Assembly (NCBI RefSeq): GCF_000189295.2
Contig: NC_016803.1
Location: 1,440,001 to 1,472,000, forward strand
Length of the DNA stretch: 32,000 nucleotides
Direction of reading: 5' to 3'
DNA from: Pseudodesulfovibrio mercurii
GTDB taxonomy: Bacteria; Desulfobacterota; Desulfovibrionia; Desulfovibrionales; Desulfovibrionaceae
The translations under genes were made by a program, and so were the position numbers. The notes under the pieces were generated by a model. It was not told the DNA's origin. It saw only the letters and a list, made by a program, of their open reading frames with translations, and made no database searches. This document shows, piece by piece, positions 21,613 to 29,577 of this stretch (position 1 is its first letter; every line of letters begins with the position of its first letter).

Positions 21613-22836
21613 ATGGGACAAATCACCGTAGAAAACCTGTACAAAATTTTTGGAAGCAAACCCCAGAAGGGGCTTGAGCTGCTCAAGCAGGGGCACGACA
21701 AGGCGTCGGTCCTGGAAAAGACCGGCATGACCGTGGGCGTGAACAACGCCTCCTTCACCATCGAAGACGGCGAGATATTCGTCATCATGGGGCTGTCCGG
21801 CTCGGGCAAGTCCACCATGGTGCGCATGCTCAACCGGCTCATCGAGCCCACGGCCGGGCGGGTCCTGGTCAACGGCGAGGACGTCACCGCCATGAATGAC
21901 GACGAGCTGGTCAAGTTCCGGCTGCACAACATGAGCATGGTCTTCCAGTCGTTCGCGCTCATGCCGCACCAGACCGTGTTGGACAACGCCGCCTTCGGCC
22001 TGGAGCTGGCCGGGGTGGACAAGGCCAAGCGGCACGAACGCGCCCGCGAGGCGCTGGCCCAGGTCGGCCTGACCGGATGGGAGGACCAGTACCCCAAGCA
22101 GTTGTCCGGCGGCATGCAGCAACGCGTGGGGCTGGCGCGCGGCCTGGCCGTGGACCCGGAAATCCTGCTCATGGACGAGGCCTTCTCGGCGCTCGATCCG
22201 CTCATCCGCACCGAGATGCAGGACGAGTTGCTCAAGCTCCAGGAGGAGCACCAGCGGACCATCGTGTTCATCTCCCACGACCTGGACGAAGCCCTGCGCA
22301 TCGGTGACCGCATCGCCATCATGGAGGGCGGCAACGTGGTCCAGGTGGGCGCACCGGACGAGATCCTGCAAAACCCGGCCAACGACTACGTGCGCGCCTT
22401 TTTTCGGGGCGTGGACCCCACCGGGGTCATCAGCGCGGGTGACATCGTGCGCGACACCCATCCGACCATCACCGTGACCAAGACCGGCGGCGGCCTGCGC
22501 GCGGCCCACGAAATCCTGAGCGGCAGCGAGCTGGAGTACGGATACGTGCTCGACTCCAAGCACCGCTTCCTGGGCGTGATCTCCACCGAGGGCATCCGCA
22601 ACGCGCTTGAGGCGGGGTTGCCGGAAAAGCCCCTCAGCCAGGTCTTCCTGACCGAGGCCCACGCCGTGCACCGCGACGACTCCATGCAGGACATCCTGCC
22701 GCTGGTGGCCGACGCGGTCTGGCCCATCCCGGTGGTGGACGACGCGGGCCGCTACCTCGGCGTGGTCTCCAAAAACCGTTTTCTCAAGACCCTGCACAAA
22801 ACCGAAGTCGCCCTGTCCGAAGGAGGTGACCAATAA
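21613..22836 (+). CDS. proV: Glycine betaine/proline ABC transporter ATPase with tandem CBS domains
   Basis: Walker A GLSGSGKST, signature LSGGMQQRVGLARGL, Walker B ILLMDEAFSALD, then a C-terminal CBS pair. The start MGQITVENLYKIFG follows GGAG. The upstream part of the track ORF is rejected. Confidence 0.9.
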   Translation: MGQITVENLYKIFGSKPQKGLELLKQGHDKASVLEKTGMTVGVNNASFTIEDGEIFVIMGLSGSGKSTMVRMLNRLIEPTAGRVLVNGEDVTAMNDDELVKFRLHNMSMVFQSFALMPHQTVLDNAAFGLELAGVDKAKRHERAREALAQVGLTGWEDQYPKQLSGGMQQRVGLARGLAVDPEILLMDEAFSALDPLIRTEMQDELLKLQEEHQRTIVFISHDLDEALRIGDRIAIMEGGNVVQVGAPDEILQNPANDYVRAFFRGVDPTGVISAGDIVRDTHPTITVTKTGGGLRAAHEILSGSELEYGYVLDSKHRFLGVISTEGIRNALEAGLPEKPLSQVFLTEAHAVHRDDSMQDILPLVADAVWPIPVVDDAGRYLGVVSKNRFLKTLHKTEVALSEGGDQ

Positions 22837-23666
22837 TGTTCGACAACGCGATCATCCCCCTGGACCACTGGGTCTCGGACGCCGTGGAATGGCTGGTGGA
22901 CAACTACCGTGAATTTTTCCAGATGCTCAAATGGCCCGTGGACCGGCTGCTGACCGGCTTCGAGCACGGCCTGACCAGCGTGCACCCGCTCGTCGTCATC
23001 GGCGTGGTCTGCCTCCTGGCCTGGAAGTTCTCGGGCAAGCGGCTGGCCCTCTTCTCCCTGGCCTCCATGCTCCTGGTCGGCTTCCTCGGCCTGTGGGAGG
23101 AGACCATGATCACCCTGGCCATGGTCCTGTCCTCCGTGGTCATCTGCGCCGTGATCGGCATCCCGCTCGGGATCATGTCCGGGCGCAGCGAACGCTTCGA
23201 GGCCGGGCTGCGGCCGGTGCTCGACGCCATGCAGACCACGCCCGCCTTCGTCTACCTCGTGCCCATCGTCATGCTCTTTTCCGTGGGCAACGTGGCCGGC
23301 GTGCTGGCGACCATCATCTTCGCCCTGCCCCCCATTATCCGGCTGACAGGACTGGGCATCCGCCAGGTCCACCCGGAGCTGGTCGAGGCGGCCCAGGCCT
23401 TCGGGGCCACCCGCTGGCAGGTCCTCGTCAAGGTCCAGATTCCCCTGGCCATGCCGACCATCCTGGCCGGACTCAACCAGACCATCATGATGGCCCTGTC
23501 CATGGTCGTCATCGCCGCGCTCATCGGCGCGGGCGGGCTCGGCTCGCCGGTCATCCTGGGGCTGAACACCCTGGACATCGGCCGCGCCGTGGTCGGCGGC
23601 CTGGGCATCGTGCTCATGGCCATCGTCCTGGACCGCATCACCCAGTCAATGGCCCGAAAGAAATAA
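22836..23666 (+). CDS. proW: Glycine betaine/proline ABC transporter permease
   Basis: The ATG overlaps the proV stop (TAATG). IPLDHWVSDAVEWLVDNY N terminus and an EAA-type loop (LVEAAQAFGATRWQVLVKVQIPLAMPTILAG). Confidence 0.9.
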   Translation: MFDNAIIPLDHWVSDAVEWLVDNYREFFQMLKWPVDRLLTGFEHGLTSVHPLVVIGVVCLLAWKFSGKRLALFSLASMLLVGFLGLWEETMITLAMVLSSVVICAVIGIPLGIMSGRSERFEAGLRPVLDAMQTTPAFVYLVPIVMLFSVGNVAGVLATIIFALPPIIRLTGLGIRQVHPELVEAAQAFGATRWQVLVKVQIPLAMPTILAGLNQTIMMALSMVVIAALIGAGGLGSPVILGLNTLDIGRAVVGGLGIVLMAIVLDRITQSMARKK

Positions 23667-23691
23667 CCGCAATCGAATCCGAGGAGGTTCC

Positions 23692-24720
23692 ATGAAACTG
23701 ATGAAACTCACCCTGACCGCCCTGTTCGCGGTCCTGATCGCGACCGGCGCGTTCGCCATGGACATGCAGCCCGGCAAGGGCGTCACCGTCCAACCCGCGC
23801 GCGCCACCTGGAACACCGGCTTCTTCCAGGAAGCCCTGGTCCGCAAGGGGCTGGAGACGCTCGGCTACACCGTCAAGAAACCGCGCGACCTGTCCAACCC
23901 CATCTTCTACAAGTCCGTGACGCTCGGCGACGTGGACTACTGGACCAACGGCTGGTTCCCCATGCACGACGCGCAGCTTCCCAAGAACTTCGACCAGAAG
24001 GCGCGGAAGATCGGCTTCGTGGCCAAGGCGGGAGGCATGCAGGGCTACCTGGTGTCCAAGCGCGACGCCGACAAGTACGGCATCAAGTCCCTGGACGACT
24101 TCAAGCGGCCCGAGGTCATGAAGGCCTTCGACTCCAACGGCGACGGCAAGGCCGACCTGACCGCCTGCCCGCCGGGCTGGGGCTGCGAAAAGGTCATCGC
24201 CCACCACATGAAGGTCTACGGCCTCGATGACTACATCAACCCGGTCAAGGCCTCCTACGAGGCGGGCATGGCCGCTGCGCTTGGCGAGTACAAGTCCGGC
24301 AAGCCGGTCTTCTTCTACACCTGGACGCCCAACTGGACCGTGTTCAAGTTCAAGCCCGGCAAGGACGTGGTCTGGATCAACGTGCCCGAGATCAAGCCCA
24401 CCGAGGCCCAGGCCGCCAACGCCGACCGCATGACCGTGTCCGGCGTGGAGGGCGCGGTCTCCGACCCGCTCAAGGCCGGCTTCGTGGTCTCGGACATCCG
24501 CGCCGTGGCCAACAAGCAGTTCCTCGAAAAGAACCCGGCCGCCGCCAGGTTCCTCGAACTCTTCACCCTGCCGTTAGCCGACATCAGCGCCCAGAACACG
24601 CGCATGAATCAAGGCGAGAAGTCCGACAAGGACATTGAGAAGCATGCGGAGGAGTGGATCGCCAACAACAAGGCGACCTGGGACGGCTGGCTGCAAGCCG
24701 CCCGAGAAGCCGCCAAATAG
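23692..24720 (+). CDS. proX: Glycine betaine/proline substrate-binding protein
   Basis: Signal peptide MKLMKLTLTALFAVLIATGAFA. TWNTGFFQEAL, DYWTNGWFPMH and PPGWGCEKVIAHH are typical of ProX/OpuAC. Third gene after proVW. Confidence 0.9.
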   Translation: MKLMKLTLTALFAVLIATGAFAMDMQPGKGVTVQPARATWNTGFFQEALVRKGLETLGYTVKKPRDLSNPIFYKSVTLGDVDYWTNGWFPMHDAQLPKNFDQKARKIGFVAKAGGMQGYLVSKRDADKYGIKSLDDFKRPEVMKAFDSNGDGKADLTACPPGWGCEKVIAHHMKVYGLDDYINPVKASYEAGMAAALGEYKSGKPVFFYTWTPNWTVFKFKPGKDVVWINVPEIKPTEAQAANADRMTVSGVEGAVSDPLKAGFVVSDIRAVANKQFLEKNPAAARFLELFTLPLADISAQNTRMNQGEKSDKDIEKHAEEWIANNKATWDGWLQAAREAAK

Positions 24721-24746
24721 CTCTGCATTGTCCGGCGTAAAGATGC

Positions 24747-24776
24747 GGCGGCCCCCCTGGGGGGCCGCCTTTTTTT
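24747..24776 (+). terminator. Intrinsic terminator of proVWX
   Basis: GGCGGCCCCCC-T-GGGGGGCCGCC followed by TTTTTTT. Confidence 0.8.
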
Positions 24777-24791
24777 GCGCAGGGGGGCGGC

Positions 24792-24902
24792 TTCCGAGAG
24801 CGGACCATCTGCACATTTTCCCCGGCCGCGCCAATCATCACGTAGACAGCTACGCTGCGGTTGCCGCGGCCGGGGAAAATGCACAGCTGACCCACTCTCG
24901 AA
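24792..24902. repeat. Long imperfect inverted repeat (about 38-nt arms, 34-nt spacer). The left arm overlaps copy 2 (24785-24814) of the 30-nt repeat seen at 16019-16048
   Basis: The perfect 17-bp core CATTTTCCCCGGCCGCG (24814-24830) pairs with CGCGGCCGGGGAAAATG (24865-24881). The outer arms TTCCGAGAGCGGACCATCTG and CAGCTGACCCACTCTCGAA pair with a few mismatches. Confidence 0.65.
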
Positions 24903-24973
24903 CGCCTTGTGCCTGCGCGCTAAAAGAACCGCTGTCGGGTGCTCCGCACCCGAATTCCTCCAAAAAGATGAAG

Positions 24974-25014
24974 AAAAAAGTCTTCGACTCAATGTTGAGT
25001 CGAAGAACTTTTTT
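24974..25014. terminator. Bidirectional terminator-like hairpin in the proX / sigma-54 activator convergent spacer
   Basis: AAAAAA-GTCTTCGACTCAA-TG-TTGAGTCGAAGAAC-TTTTTT (one bulged nucleotide). Confidence 0.6.
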
Positions 25015-25076
25015 ATTATGAACCGCACCGCGAAGCGGCAATAAAAAGTTTAGGAAGGTGAAGGGGATGGGGGTCC

Positions 25077-25133
25077 GGGGGAAGGGGGAGAGGAAAGCCC
25101 TTTTTTCAAAGGGTTCCCTCTCCCCCTTCCCCC
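25077..25133 (-). terminator. Very stable G/C-run hairpin just downstream of the sigma-54 activator gene (no U-tract)
   Basis: GGGGGAAGGGGGAGAGG...CCTCTCCCCCTTCCCCC is a 17-bp perfect outer stem, with an inner CCCTTT/AAAGGG pairing. It lies 18 nt from the stop at 25151. Confidence 0.45.
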
Positions 25134-25150
25134 GGCCGCCGGAGGCGTTG

Positions 25151-27670
25151 CTAGTCTCCGGTCAGTTCGTAGCGGGTGGAGGGGCCTTTGCCTTTCTTGA
25201 TCAGGAGGCCGCGTTTGACGAAGTCCTGGAGGTCGTAGATGGCGGTGCGTGTGGGCAGGTTGCCGCCGACCAGGTCCTGGTACTGTTTGCGGGTGATGGT
25301 GCCCTGTCTGCGGATGACGTCCCAGGCCTCTTTCTGGCGCGAGTTGAGGCCGGTATCGGTCTCGGCCGGGGCGGATGGGGCCGGGGCGGCGGACGGCGCG
25401 TCCGGGGACGGGTGGTGGTTGCCGTTCGTTATGGCCTCGGCGGGCTGGGATTGGGTCGGCCAGGCGGAAAAGTCGCTTTCCAGGCGGATTTCCTCGGGCT
25501 GGATGACGTCGGTTTCGGCCATGACCGCGGCGCGGGTGATGCAGTTGACCAGTTCGCGGACGTTGCCGGGCCAGTCGTGGGACACGAGCTTGGCCAGGGC
25601 TCCCTTGCTCAGGTCCAGGTGCTCGCGCCCGGCCAGGGCCTCGGCCTGCTTGAGGTAGTAGACGGCCAGCAGCGGGATGTTCTCACGGTTCTCGCGCAGG
25701 GCGGGCGTGTTGATGGAGATGACCTTGAGCCGGTAGTAGAGGTCCTCGCGGAAGGTCCGGTCCTCGATGAGGGACTGGATGTCCACGTTGGTGGCGGCCA
25801 GGATGCGCACGTCCACGGTGACCTCGCGGTCGCTGCCGAGCGGCTTGATCTTGCGCGAGGCGAGCGCCCGGAGCAGTGACTGCTGGACCTTGGGCGAGGC
25901 GGACTGGATCTCGTCCAGGAAGAGAATGCCGCCGTCGGCCTCGACGAACGCGCCGTTGCGGTCTTCCTTGGCCTCGGAGAAGGCCCCCTTGACGTGGCCG
26001 AACAGGGCGTCGAGGAGCAGGTTCTCGTCCAGGGCGCCGCAGTTGATGGAGATGAACGGTTTTTCCGCCCGGCTGGAATGGGCATGGACGGCCTCGGCCA
26101 CCAGCTGCTTGCCGGTGCCGGTCTCGCCCGCGATGAGCACGTCCACATCCACCTGGGCGGCCTTGAGGATGTTGACCTTGAGGTTGGCCGTGGCCGAACC
26201 CACGCCGACGATCTCGGGGATGCGGCTCAGTTCGTTCTCCACCAGCAGCTCGCGCTCGCGGTCCAGGGTGGCTCGCTCGCGCTTGTTCACGTTGAGGATG
26301 GCCTCGTCCTTGGCCTGGATCTCGAGCACCTGCTGTTTGACCCGACGGATGATGTTGTTGATGGAATCCTGGAACACGGTGATGTCGTAGCCGCTGTAGG
26401 GAAGGTGAATCTCCTCCATTTCCTCCAACGAATTCAAGGTGTTCATTCGCGCCGCCAACTCACGTATGGGCTTGGTCAGGATGCGCCCGAAGAGGAAGAT
26501 GAGGACTGAGATGACCACGATGCCGCCGATGGTCACGAAGAACATGACGTCCATGTTCTTGTAGCCCGCGATGATCGGCAGCTGGCTGCGGTCCACGAAG
26601 ACCACGCCGCCGTAAATGGTGGGCGGCCCGGCCGGATCGGCCTTGAAGTAGACCGGGGCGTAGCTGAAATAGTGGAAGTCCACGCCGGACTCCTGGGGAT
26701 GGGGCTCGGACACGCGGGCCAGACCGTTCTCGCCCTTGTCCATGGCGGCCACGGCCTCCCAGTACAGGGTGTGCCGCTCGTTGGGCCGGAAGGCGGCCGC
26801 GTTGCCGGGTTTGCCCAGGGAGCCGTCGAAGCCCTCCCGGGCCAGGAAGGTGGTCAGCTCGCCGTCCTGCTTGTCGTAGTCCTCGGACTGAAAGAGTATC
26901 CACCCGTCATGATTCAGGAAATAGCTGAAGCGCAGTTCGTCGCTCCGGGGATAGGCCCACAGGGGGGACTTGCGCGAGTTGTACCAGGAGAGGATATTGC
27001 GCAGGGTGGTCGCCTCCACGGACAGGAAGAGCAGGCCCGGAGGCTCCTCGCCGTTGCCCGGACAGGCGGTATAGAAGCGGACCACGTTGGCGGTCTTGAA
27101 ACGGTTGGCGCTGCCCTCGCTGGGCATGGGATAGGACACGTCGAGGACGTCCGAGACGATCACCCGGCCCGGAGTGAGGGAGCCAAGGCGGTCCAGTTCG
27201 GCAAAGGGATTGGGCCGGACCCGGTCCAGGGCGTCCGGGGCGACGGCCCGGACGTCGTCGCCCTGCCGGACCAGGACCACGGGCTCCCCGCCCGAGGCAG
27301 GGAGATAGCAGAGTTCGAGGTACGGCTTGCCGCCCGCCTTGATGAGCCGGGCGAACTCGTCGCGCAGGGAAGCCCCGCCGGTGGGCCCACCGGCGAAGAA
27401 AAGCAGGTCCGTCCGACAGCCGTCCAGGTACTGCTCCATCTCGTGGGCCACGGCCATGGTGTTCTGGCGCACGGTGCGGCCCAGGGCGATGTCGATGAAC
27501 TCGTCCGAGACCCGGTAGGAGGCCCAGCCCGTGAACAGGAGGATGCCCACGATGGACGGCATCAGGGCCAGGAGCAGTTTGCCCCGCAACCCGAGCCTGC
27601 GTACCAGGCCGGGCAGATGCCGGCGCATCCAGTCCGACATGCGGGAACCTGAAGTGGGTGTAGACGCCAT
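25151..27670 (-). CDS. Membrane-anchored sigma-54-dependent transcriptional activator: TM - ~320 aa extracytoplasmic Cache-like domain - TM - linker - AAA+ domain - C-terminal winged-helix domain
   Basis: AAGGAGGAG SD. TM helices at aa 31-52 and 374-396. Walker A GETGTGKQLVAEAVH, Walker B GGILFLDEI, GAFSEA in place of GAFTGA (25970-25987), R-finger region WPGNVRELVN. The C terminus LNSRQKEAWDVIRRQGTITRKQYQDLVGGNLPTRTAIYDLQDFVKRGLL is wHTH-like rather than Fis-like. Confidence 0.85.
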   Translation of the reverse strand: MASTPTSGSRMSDWMRRHLPGLVRRLGLRGKLLLALMPSIVGILLFTGWASYRVSDEFIDIALGRTVRQNTMAVAHEMEQYLDGCRTDLLFFAGGPTGGASLRDEFARLIKAGGKPYLELCYLPASGGEPVVLVRQGDDVRAVAPDALDRVRPNPFAELDRLGSLTPGRVIVSDVLDVSYPMPSEGSANRFKTANVVRFYTACPGNGEEPPGLLFLSVEATTLRNILSWYNSRKSPLWAYPRSDELRFSYFLNHDGWILFQSEDYDKQDGELTTFLAREGFDGSLGKPGNAAAFRPNERHTLYWEAVAAMDKGENGLARVSEPHPQESGVDFHYFSYAPVYFKADPAGPPTIYGGVVFVDRSQLPIIAGYKNMDVMFFVTIGGIVVISVLIFLFGRILTKPIRELAARMNTLNSLEEMEEIHLPYSGYDITVFQDSINNIIRRVKQQVLEIQAKDEAILNVNKRERATLDRERELLVENELSRIPEIVGVGSATANLKVNILKAAQVDVDVLIAGETGTGKQLVAEAVHAHSSRAEKPFISINCGALDENLLLDALFGHVKGAFSEAKEDRNGAFVEADGGILFLDEIQSASPKVQQSLLRALASRKIKPLGSDREVTVDVRILAATNVDIQSLIEDRTFREDLYYRLKVISINTPALRENRENIPLLAVYYLKQAEALAGREHLDLSKGALAKLVSHDWPGNVRELVNCITRAAVMAETDVIQPEEIRLESDFSAWPTQSQPAEAITNGNHHPSPDAPSAAPAPSAPAETDTGLNSRQKEAWDVIRRQGTITRKQYQDLVGGNLPTRTAIYDLQDFVKRGLLIKKGKGPSTRYELTGD

Positions 27671-27773
27671 GAAACTCCTCCTTCGCGCGGTTGCGGCGGC
27701 CCGAAAAAACTGTCCCCCGCCTCATACATTTTTGCCGTTATGCCGCCCGCGCCCCCTTTGTCAAACTCTTTTC

Positions 27774-27788
27774 GGCACGATGGTTGCT
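27774..27788 (+). promoter_or_regulatory. Sigma-54 (-24/-12) promoter upstream of the Cache histidine kinase gene
   Basis: cGGCACG-ATGG-TTGCT versus the consensus TGGCACG-N4-TTGCW. GG to GC spacing is exactly 10 nt. It lies about 110 nt upstream of ATG 27901 and is divergent from a sigma-54 activator gene. Confidence 0.6.
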
Positions 27789-27900
27789 AAATACTCCCCG
27801 GCGTCATCATGCAAGGCGTAAAATTTGCGCAATTTTTTAACTAGTTGGAATAAATATTATTTTAACAAACATCTTGCAAAAAACATCAGGCAGACACACC

Positions 27901-29577
27901 ATGGCCAAGCAAAGCTCCTCTTGCGGGATACACAGATTGCTGCTCATTTCCATGATCGTCATTCCGGCGATCCCCCTACTCCTCTCGGTCGCCATAGGAT
28001 TTTATTCCTTTGCCGGGGAGTCCAAACGCTTCGCCGTCTCCTCCATCCGTCAGGCCGCCGTGGACCGGACCCAGCTCATCGACGAGTTCCTCCACGAGCG
28101 GCGCAGCGACCTGGAGTCGTACCTCGCCCTGCTGACCGAGGACGCCCTGAGCGGGCCCAAGGCGCAGGCGGAGGTGGCCGCCTGGCTGCGCACCGGCGGG
28201 CAGGTCTTCCAGGACATGGGCCTGATCGATCCGCAGGGGCGGCACGCGGCCTATGCCGGGCCCTTCGGCCTGGCCGACAAGGACTACAGCGACACGGACT
28301 GGTACAAGGAGACGCGGGAGAGCGGCTATTTCATCAGCGACGTGTTTCTCGGCTACCGCAAGGTGCCCCACTTCATCGTGGCCGTGGCCAGACGCATAAA
28401 CGGCCAGGTCTGGATACTCCGGGCCACGGTCAATCCCACGGTCTTCGGCAACATGGTCAACGCGCCGGGCATCGGGGACACCGGCGAGGCGTATATCCTC
28501 AACCGCGAGGGGCTGTTCCAGACCGGACGCCGGTCCGGCGGCGACCTGCTCGAACACGACGACTACGCCTACCCGGCCCAGGACGAGAATCTTGTTTCCT
28601 TCACAGGCTCGGATGGCGGCGAGGACTACCTGTTCGCCTCGGCCCGTCTCAACGACGGCAATTGGCGGCTCATTGTCCGCCAGAAGGAGGAGGAGGCCTT
28701 TCATGCCGTCGTCATGGCGGGCTACACGGTCATCTTCGTGCTGCTCTGCGGCGGGGCGGTCATCGTGGTCCTCGCACTCTTCGTCAGTCGTCGGTTGTCC
28801 GAGACCCTGCACGGCCAGGCCGAGGCGGTCAGCAAGCTGGAAGGCCAGCTGCTTCAGGCCGCCCGCCTGGCCGAACTGGGCGAGATGGCCGCGGGCTTCG
28901 CCCACGAAATCAACAACCCGCTCCAGATCATGAAGACCGACCTGGCCCTGCTGGAACTGACCCTCAAGGACGTGACCGACGAGTGCTCCAACCGCGAGGC
29001 GTGCGCCGAGCTCAAGGAAATCGCCGAGCAGTTCCAGATCCAGATCGGCCGGTGCGCGGCCATCACCCGCGAGATACTTCGTTTCGGGCGGCAGGACGCC
29101 CCCCAGGTCCAGGACATGGACCTGGCCGAGTTCCTGCCCAAGGTCGGCGACATGGTCCGCAACAAGGCCCAGGTCAACGGCATCAACGTGACCTGCGAGG
29201 TGGCCCCGGACATCCCCACGGTCCTGGCCGACCCCGGCCAGCTGCAGCAGGTCATGATCAACCTGCTGAACAACGCCATCCACGCGGTGGTGGACCGGCA
29301 CGGGGCCAAGGGCGGCCGCATCGAGGTGGTTGCCCGCCGCGACGACCGCAATCAGGCGGAGATCACCGTGACCGACAACGGCAGCGGCATCAATCAGGAG
29401 AGTCTGTCGAAGATATTCATGCCCTTCTTCACCACCAAGGCGCCCGGCCAGGGCACGGGGTTGGGCCTGTCCGTGTGCCATTCCATCATCGACTCCCTGG
29501 GCGGGGAGCTGACCGTGGCCAGCACCAAGGGCGAAGGCACGACCTTCACCGTTCGTATCCCCGGCAAGAGTGCGTAA
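27901..29577 (+). CDS. Sensor histidine kinase with an extracytoplasmic Cache-type domain (no cognate response regulator adjacent)
   Basis: TM (LLLISMIVIPAIPLLLSVAIGFY), a roughly 250-aa sensor domain (DTDWYKETRESGYFISDVF..., GEAYILNREG), a second TM, H-box GFAHEINNPL, and N/G boxes NLLNNAIHAV, DNGSGI and GTGLGLS. I prefer ATG 27901 over the track's TTG at 27874. Confidence 0.85.
   Translation: MAKQSSSCGIHRLLLISMIVIPAIPLLLSVAIGFYSFAGESKRFAVSSIRQAAVDRTQLIDEFLHERRSDLESYLALLTEDALSGPKAQAEVAAWLRTGGQVFQDMGLIDPQGRHAAYAGPFGLADKDYSDTDWYKETRESGYFISDVFLGYRKVPHFIVAVARRINGQVWILRATVNPTVFGNMVNAPGIGDTGEAYILNREGLFQTGRRSGGDLLEHDDYAYPAQDENLVSFTGSDGGEDYLFASARLNDGNWRLIVRQKEEEAFHAVVMAGYTVIFVLLCGGAVIVVLALFVSRRLSETLHGQAEAVSKLEGQLLQAARLAELGEMAAGFAHEINNPLQIMKTDLALLELTLKDVTDECSNREACAELKEIAEQFQIQIGRCAAITREILRFGRQDAPQVQDMDLAEFLPKVGDMVRNKAQVNGINVTCEVAPDIPTVLADPGQLQQVMINLLNNAIHAVVDRHGAKGGRIEVVARRDDRNQAEITVTDNGSGINQESLSKIFMPFFTTKAPGQGTGLGLSVCHSIIDSLGGELTVASTKGEGTTFTVRIPGKSA

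Noticed and set aside
24574-25044. Six overlapping 63-139 aa ORFs in the proX / activator spacer
   Set aside because: They are read through hairpins and inverted repeats, overlap each other in all frames, and lack start context. The region is better explained as structured non-coding DNA.
27874-27900. TTG start for the Cache histidine kinase
   Set aside because: The track's first codon is TTG with no SD. ATG 27901 (MAKQSSS...) is the more conservative choice, though neither has a strong SD, so the start remains uncertain by 9 codons.
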